Shown here: positions 59,168 through 64,000 of the stretch, in pieces | Numbering within the stretch: the first letter of the stretch is position 1 | Layout of the letters: each line of letters starts with the position of its first letter | Source of the DNA: an uncultured Gemmatimonadales bacterium | GTDB lineage: Bacteria; Gemmatimonadota; Gemmatimonadetes; Gemmatimonadales; Gemmatimonadaceae | NCBI GenBank assembly: GCA_963793305.1 | Contig: CAWBZV010000003.1 | Location: 32,001 to 96,000 of the forward strand | Length of the DNA stretch: 64,000 nt | Direction of reading: 5' to 3' | Translations under genes and position numbers: made by a program | The notes under the pieces: model-generated | What the model was told of the DNA's origin: nothing | Seen by the model: the letters and a program-made list of their open reading frames with translations, nothing else | Databases searched by the model: none

Positions 59168-60849
59168 AAAGCCCCAGGCTGAGCACACCGAGCCGTCGCG
59201 CGTCGAGCGCGACGGCTCGTGTGTTTGGTGGCCACTTGCGCCGCGGTCGCCTGCGTCAGATCGATGGCGAAGATAGTGTCGGCCGTAATACCGATAAGCG
59301 TCGTCCCGCTTGGATCGATCGCTAACTCATGCGCGGGGTGTGGTACCAGAGAGATCTCGACGGGTGACGTCGTTGGCCGCACGTAGTGCAGATATACCCC
59401 GGGCAGTGAGTCGGCGGACCCTTCGCCAACAAAGAAATCAATCCCATTCGGCGCGACGACAGCGCCGTATGCCTGGTCATACCCGCCGGCGAACACTGCA
59501 CTGATCGTCGAATCGATCAAGATGTGATTGATCTGATAGACGAGGGGCCCGGAGGCATTCGCACTGGTGAACGTGTTCACGCCCCCAGTCGGAACGCCGA
59601 GGTACCCGCCACTCTCGAAGCTGTGCGTCGTCGAGACGTACACTTGCGTCGGACAGTTGAGCAGCAACACGTGCGTATGGTCGCCGCTCCGTGTAGGACG
59701 ACCCAGACAGCCGGGACCACCCGACGGAAGTGCCTGCGTCGCTCCAGTCGCGAGATCGAGCTCCACCGCCACGGAATTGGCGAACGCCAGCGCTTTGTTG
59801 TCACCCGTCACGCGCATGGACCGCAAGGTGTCCGCGGTTCCGAACGGCATCGAGCTGATGACGGGGTGGGAAGGCGAAGTGAGACTGACGATGGCCGCGG
59901 TCGCGGGAGAGGCGAGGCCGACGATGAGCGAGTCGCCTCCGGGCGAGAGATCGACCGCGACCGGCGTGCCGTTGACAGCTATCGGCGCCTGGTACGACAG
60001 ACCATTGAGTGACAACACCGCGACGATCTGACTGTCGGGTTTGGCGAGATACATGAGACCGCGGAGCGAATCGAACGCGACATCGGTGATGCGCCCGCCG
60101 CGTGGGACGCTCTGCACGGGGTGCGTCGTCACCCGCGCCACGAGCACGCCGGGCTGACTCACCGTCACGACATTGCCATCGCTATCGGCCGCGAACACGC
60201 TGAGCGAGAGTGTATCGCCGGCGAGCAATGCGGCCACGGGGATCGGCAGGTTCACCGAACTCGCGATGCCCGACACTGGCACCGAGTCGCCAAGCGAGAC
60301 GGGTGCGTTGATACTCCACCCGACCCAGGCCAGCGCGTGATTGTCGGTGGCCGAGACGACGATCGTGTCGGTTGTCCCGGCGAGGAGCAGATTACGCGCG
60401 TCGAATCCAGCGACGCCGGCCGTGAGACCGCTCACCGTGAGCTGCGGCGCTTGCGTGTCTTTGATCGTCAGCGTGGTCGCGGCGCTCTGCCCGATCGTCG
60501 GCAGGTTGATCGCGACCGACAGCACGCCGTCGGGCGCGTCAGCGGGGACTTGGATGTCGCCGGCGATCGGTTGGCCGCTGCTATCTGGCGGAATGGTGAG
60601 TGTGTCGACGCCGCTGGCCTCACCGGAGAACGTGAAGATGAGCGGTATGCCGCCGGAGTACGCCGCGGGCGGAAGTGTGATGGTGAAGGCAGCGTCTTGT
60701 CCCTGCGCGACCTGGTTCGGGATGAACACGATCGCCAGAGTCAGCCCCCGCCGCGGTAACGAGCTCACGCCAGGGCCCAAACCTGGGGAGCTCGGGGGAG
60801 CTGTGCAGGCAACCGCCAGGAGCAGTAGCGTCGCCAGGCGTCGTCGCAT
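59119..60849 (-). CDS. Hypothetical lipoprotein with Ig-like and YncE-like beta-propeller regions
   Basis: Lipobox AVAC; DTQAP and ATDN Ig-like motifs; DVAFD and VDLSPGG propeller-like repeats. 3' end uncertain. Confidence 0.7.
   Translation of the reverse strand: MRRRLATLLLLAVACTAPPSSPGLGPGVSSLPRRGLTLAIVFIPNQVAQGQDAAFTITLPPAAYSGGIPLIFTFSGEASGVDTLTIPPDSSGQPIAGDIQVPADAPDGVLSVAINLPTIGQSAATTLTIKDTQAPQLTVSGLTAGVAGFDARNLLLAGTTDTIVVSATDNHALAWVGWSINAPVSLGDSVPVSGIASSVNLPIPVAALLAGDTLSLSVFAADSDGNVVTVSQPGVLVARVTTHPVQSVPRGGRITDVAFDSLRGLMYLAKPDSQIVAVLSLNGLSYQAPIAVNGTPVAVDLSPGGDSLIVGLASPATAAIVSLTSPSHPVISSMPFGTADTLRSMRVTGDNKALAFANSVAVELDLATGATQALPSGGPGCLGRPTRSGDHTHVLLLNCPTQVYVSTTHSFESGGYLGVPTGGVNTFTSANASGPLVYQINHILIDSTISAVFAGGYDQAYGAVVAPNGIDFFVGEGSADSLPGVYLHYVRPTTSPVEISLVPHPAHELAIDPSGTTLIGITADTIFAIDLTQATAAQVATKHTSRRARRATARCAQPGAFQLQLPGTMRCVNRST
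59189..59219 (+). terminator. 13-bp hairpin after the lipoprotein gene
   Basis: CGAGCCGTCGCGC-gtcga-GCGCGACGGCTCG followed by TGTGTTT. Confidence 0.65.
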
Positions 60850-60870
60850 TGAACGCCAATATAATGATGC

Positions 60871-61962
60871 TCATTCGAGGGTGAGCGACACCTCGCGCTC
60901 GAGACCGAGCGAGTATGTCGCTCCCGCTCGCGTAAACATTTCGCCGAGCCAGTCGATCGACTCTCCCCTGACCGGGCGTCCATCGATGGTCCGAATCACA
61001 TCCCCCGCCGCGATCCCGGCGCGGGCCGCCGGCGACCCCTCGGCGACGTCATCGACCACGACCGTCGCGAAGTCTGGACCCTCGGCGCGGAACGCGAGAC
61101 CGCTCCGGTCGATCGCGAACGGCGCGTCCATCGGTGTCACGGGCTCGATAATGACGTGCTGGTGCGGGTAATCCAGAATCAACCGTGTGCGGCTCAAGAC
61201 CGGCGCGCCGAGCGTGCCGTCGACCCAGGTTATCCCGAAGAAACCGCGCGCGTCCGATGGCATCGCAACGTACGGATGCGGCACGCGCACGTTGCCGAGC
61301 CGCAAGGCGTCGAGCGTCGCCACGCGTCCGTGGGCCGATCCGCCGACGCCGGTGCCGATCAACCGCTCGCGGGACGATCCACCGAGCGCGCGCGCGTATC
61401 GATCGACGAACGCCTTCGTGAGCACGGAGGCGTACGCGCCGGTGCCGAGGTCGAGGAGCAGCCGCGCGGGGATCGTCGTGCCGTTCGCGACGAATTCCGC
61501 CGGCAATACCGGGACGCGCTTGGAGAGATCCACGGGGATGCGCTCCCCATCACCCTGATAGACGAATGTCGCCGGGTCGTGCAGTCGCAGCACGCGTGAC
61601 GCGTAGTCGACCTCGACGACGTATCGCATGAAAAACCCATAGCCGACCGTGCCATGCACGACCTGTCCGTGCCTGGCGCTGACCTCGCGGAGCGACACGA
61701 GCGCGGCCGGTTCATCGCGAAGCTCGACCGAGTCGCCGAGCGTGAGCGAGCCGATGGTCGCGAGCGCGATGCTCATGTTGTCGGTGCCCACCGCCCGCGC
61801 GTCTTTCGCCGACGGCGTGAGGCCTATGGTGCTCGCCCACGTGGCGTCGAGCGCGCACATGCCGGAGCCGGTGTCGAGGACGAGCGAGGCGGGCGCGCCG
61901 TCTATCCGCGCGTCGAGGAAGACGTGATGCGATCGCAATCGGAAGGGAAGCGCTATTGACAT
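60871..61962 (-). CDS. Aspartyl protease family protein with C-terminal PDZ domain
   Basis: LDTGS and LDLGT retropepsin-like motifs; GSPAARAGIAAGDVIRTIDG PDZ motif. Confidence 0.85.
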   Translation of the reverse strand: MSIALPFRLRSHHVFLDARIDGAPASLVLDTGSGMCALDATWASTIGLTPSAKDARAVGTDNMSIALATIGSLTLGDSVELRDEPAALVSLREVSARHGQVVHGTVGYGFFMRYVVEVDYASRVLRLHDPATFVYQGDGERIPVDLSKRVPVLPAEFVANGTTIPARLLLDLGTGAYASVLTKAFVDRYARALGGSSRERLIGTGVGGSAHGRVATLDALRLGNVRVPHPYVAMPSDARGFFGITWVDGTLGAPVLSRTRLILDYPHQHVIIEPVTPMDAPFAIDRSGLAFRAEGPDFATVVVDDVAEGSPAARAGIAAGDVIRTIDGRPVRGESIDWLGEMFTRAGATYSLGLEREVSLTLE

Positions 61963-61998
61963 AATGTGATCATACGCTCACATTTCAACTGTGTCAAT
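61955..61998. promoter_or_regulatory. Mirror-image divergent promoters with a palindromic operator
   Basis: Minus: TTGACA-17-TATGAT-6-ATG. Plus: TTGACA-17-CACATT-6-GTG. Palindrome AATGTGA-N8-TCACATT at 61963-61984. Confidence 0.75.
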
Positions 61999-62623
61999 GG
62001 ACGAGCCGCTTCCCGCGCTGCAGCTGCGGAGTCAGGAAACGACCGAGCACCTTCTCGAAGCCGCCCAAGAGCTATTGCAAGAGGGAGGGGCCGACGCCGC
62101 GACGCTCCGCGCTATCGCCGAGCGAGCGGGCGTATCGCTCGGCATCGTCTACCGGCGATTCCCCGACAAGGACGCGATTCTGCGCGCGGTCTACACGCGT
62201 TTCTTCGAGCGCTTGGGCGCGACGAACGCCCGCTCCCTGTCGAGTGACCGGTTCCAGCGCGCATCGCTGGCCGAGGTGGCGCACACGCTCGTGACCGGGA
62301 TCGCCGAGGGGTATCGGCGGCACGCTCGACTCTTACGCGCGTTGCTCCTGTACGCGAGATCGCACCCGTCGAGCGAGTTTCGCGAGCGCGCCGCCGCGCA
62401 CAACGCGCGAACGTTCGCGGTGCTCCAGAGCATCTTCGACCGTCACCGCCCGGAGATCACCCATCCGCGGCCGGAGGTCGCGGTCCCGTTCGCGATCTCG
62501 TCGGCGGCGTCACTGCTGCAAGTGCGCCTGTTGTTCAACGACACCGCGCCGGAGCCCGTGCTGCCCTTCGCCGAGCTCGTCGCCGAAGCGACGCGACTCG
62601 TGGTATCCTATCTGACCGGCTAG
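61991..62623 (+). CDS. TetR/AcrR family transcriptional regulator
   Basis: TLRAIAERAGVSLGIVYRRFPDKDAI HTH. Confidence 0.92.
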   Translation: MSMDEPLPALQLRSQETTEHLLEAAQELLQEGGADAATLRAIAERAGVSLGIVYRRFPDKDAILRAVYTRFFERLGATNARSLSSDRFQRASLAEVAHTLVTGIAEGYRRHARLLRALLLYARSHPSSEFRERAAAHNARTFAVLQSIFDRHRPEITHPRPEVAVPFAISSAASLLQVRLLFNDTAPEPVLPFAELVAEATRLVVSYLTG

Positions 62624-62634
62624 ATTGGCGTCCC

Positions 62635-63894
62635 ATGCGACGCCTCCTGCTGCTCTTGAGTTTCGCCACGTGCGCCCAAGCGCAAGTCACCGCGGTACGA
62701 TTCGGGCGATTGATCGACGCGCACGGCGAAGTCCACCGCGACGCGGTCGTCGTCATCGAGCACGATCGCATCACGAAAGTGGGAACTGGCGACGCCGCCG
62801 TGCCAGCGGGGGCCACGGTCATTGACCTGAGCCGGTACACCGGCCTGCCTGGTCTCATCAACGTCCACACGCACATGACGTTCTGGTGGGACCCGAACCT
62901 CGGCACGCATCCGTGGGCGCAACAGGGCACGCTCGGTCCACAAGTCACCGTGTTCATGGCGCAGGAGAACGCGCGAAAGACGCTGGAGACCGGCGTGACG
63001 ACGGTTCGCGACCTCGGCTCGTCTGATTATGACGACATCGCGATGCGCGATCTCATCAATCGGGGTGCGATGGTTGGCCCGCGCATGTTCGTCGCGGGAT
63101 ACGGGCTGCACGTCAATGGCTCACCGATCCGCCCGGGAGTCGCGTCGACACCAGATCCCGGCACCGCCGATGGCGTAGCCGAAGTCCAGCGGGTCGCCCG
63201 CCAACAACTCGCCGCTGGCGCCGACTGGATCAAGGTCTACGGATCGACCGGTAGCGATCGCGACACGTCGGGCTACGAGACGTTCACCTACGAGGAGATG
63301 AAAGCGGCGGCCGATGTCGCGCACTTCGCGGGGAAGCGGATCGCGATACACTCGTATGGGCCGGCCGGCGCGAAGGCCGCGGTGAGGGCTGGCGCCGAGT
63401 CGGTGGAGCACGCGATCGACATGGACGACTCGACGTTGGCCGAGATGGTGCGGCGCGGCACGGTATACGTGCCGACGGTCGATCACAATCGGTACTACAT
63501 CGCCCATCGCGCCGAATACGGCTACAGCGAGACCGACTCGACCGCGCTCACCGAGTACATGCGCCGCAATATCGCGACATTGCGACGCGCGATCCGTGCG
63601 CACGTCAAGATCGCGATGGGTTCGGACGCCGTGTTCACCGGGTTTGGCGAGAACACGCGCGAGCTCGATCAGTTTGTCGCGGCGGGCATGACGCCGTTGC
63701 AAGCGATCGCGACGGCGACCACCACGGCGGCATCATTGCTCGGCATGGACCAGGAATTGGGCGCGGTTGCCCCGGGCTACTATGCCGATATGATCGCGGT
63801 GGAGGGTGATCCGGTCTCCGACATCACGGCCGTCACACACCATGTGAGGTGGGTCATGAAAGCTGGCCACGTCGTCGTGGACAAGCGCCAATGA
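62635..63894 (+). CDS. Amidohydrolase family protein (Xaa-Pro dipeptidase-like), secreted
   Basis: PGLINVHTH, GVTTVRDLG, WIK, SVEH, GSDA and ADMIAVEGDP motifs. Confidence 0.9.
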   Translation: MRRLLLLLSFATCAQAQVTAVRFGRLIDAHGEVHRDAVVVIEHDRITKVGTGDAAVPAGATVIDLSRYTGLPGLINVHTHMTFWWDPNLGTHPWAQQGTLGPQVTVFMAQENARKTLETGVTTVRDLGSSDYDDIAMRDLINRGAMVGPRMFVAGYGLHVNGSPIRPGVASTPDPGTADGVAEVQRVARQQLAAGADWIKVYGSTGSDRDTSGYETFTYEEMKAAADVAHFAGKRIAIHSYGPAGAKAAVRAGAESVEHAIDMDDSTLAEMVRRGTVYVPTVDHNRYYIAHRAEYGYSETDSTALTEYMRRNIATLRRAIRAHVKIAMGSDAVFTGFGENTRELDQFVAAGMTPLQAIATATTTAASLLGMDQELGAVAPGYYADMIAVEGDPVSDITAVTHHVRWVMKAGHVVVDKRQ

Positions 63895-64000
63895 TACACG
63901 TCGCGCTTTTCTTGGCGCTGGTCCAGATGCAGGTCCCGGCGTGGGCGTTCCCCGTTAGCCCAGGCCCAGGCGGTCCGCCCGGCGTCGTCGACACGGTCAC
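63891..64000 (+). CDS. Partial CDS, probable exported protein
   Basis: ATGA overlap; MIHVALFLALVQMQVPAWAFPV... stays open to the window end. Confidence 0.55.
   Translation, partial: MIHVALFLALVQMQVPAWAFPVSPGPGGPPGVVDTV

Noticed and set aside
61963..61984. CRP site
   Set aside because: The TGTGA/TCACA half-sites are 8 nt apart rather than 6; the adjacent TetR is the simpler explanation.
62845..62880. Asn in place of the usual Asp before HxH in the amidohydrolase as a sign of inactivation
   Set aside because: The metal-binding His residues, Lys and late Asp are retained.
1..64000. CRISPR array, tRNA, rRNA, integrase or transposase
   Set aside because: I saw no regularly spaced repeats, RNA gene signatures or recombinase/transposase motifs on reading; no computational scan was run.

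Overview
High-GC bacterial chromosomal window. The gene families suggest Gemmatimonadota (inference, not verified). It holds mostly core and accessory metabolism: partial nadB, a BMP-type nucleoside ABC transporter, a long minus-strand run (THUMP methyltransferase, receiver protein, sucA, PIG-L deacetylase, Fe/polyamine-type ABC transporter, NDH-2), recQ, mscS, two TonB-dependent receptors, sufE/CDGSH, leuCDB and ilvD-ilvB-ilvN-ilvC-leuA, msrB, flotillin/NfeD, TetR and an amidohydrolase. I found no rRNA, tRNA, CRISPR array, integrase or transposase. Best candidate for an undescribed system: a three-gene cassette of an AraC regulator, an unannotated 51-aa lipoprotein-type peptide (46816-46971) and a convergent TPR-like protein, resembling an RRNPP/Rap-Phr-like peptide signalling module. 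Other structure missed by the ORF track: a Leu/Val/Ile leader-peptide attenuator before ilvD, a c-di-GMP-I riboswitch before a single-domain response regulator, about 18 genes with a TANNNT box 5-8 nt before the start codon (leaderless mRNAs, some as overlapping bidirectional promoters), a 44-45 bp dispersed repeat, an orphan VirD4/TraG plus TraF pair, and probable CTG and ATA start codons. Seven single-base insertions break five genes and are most likely sequencing errors.
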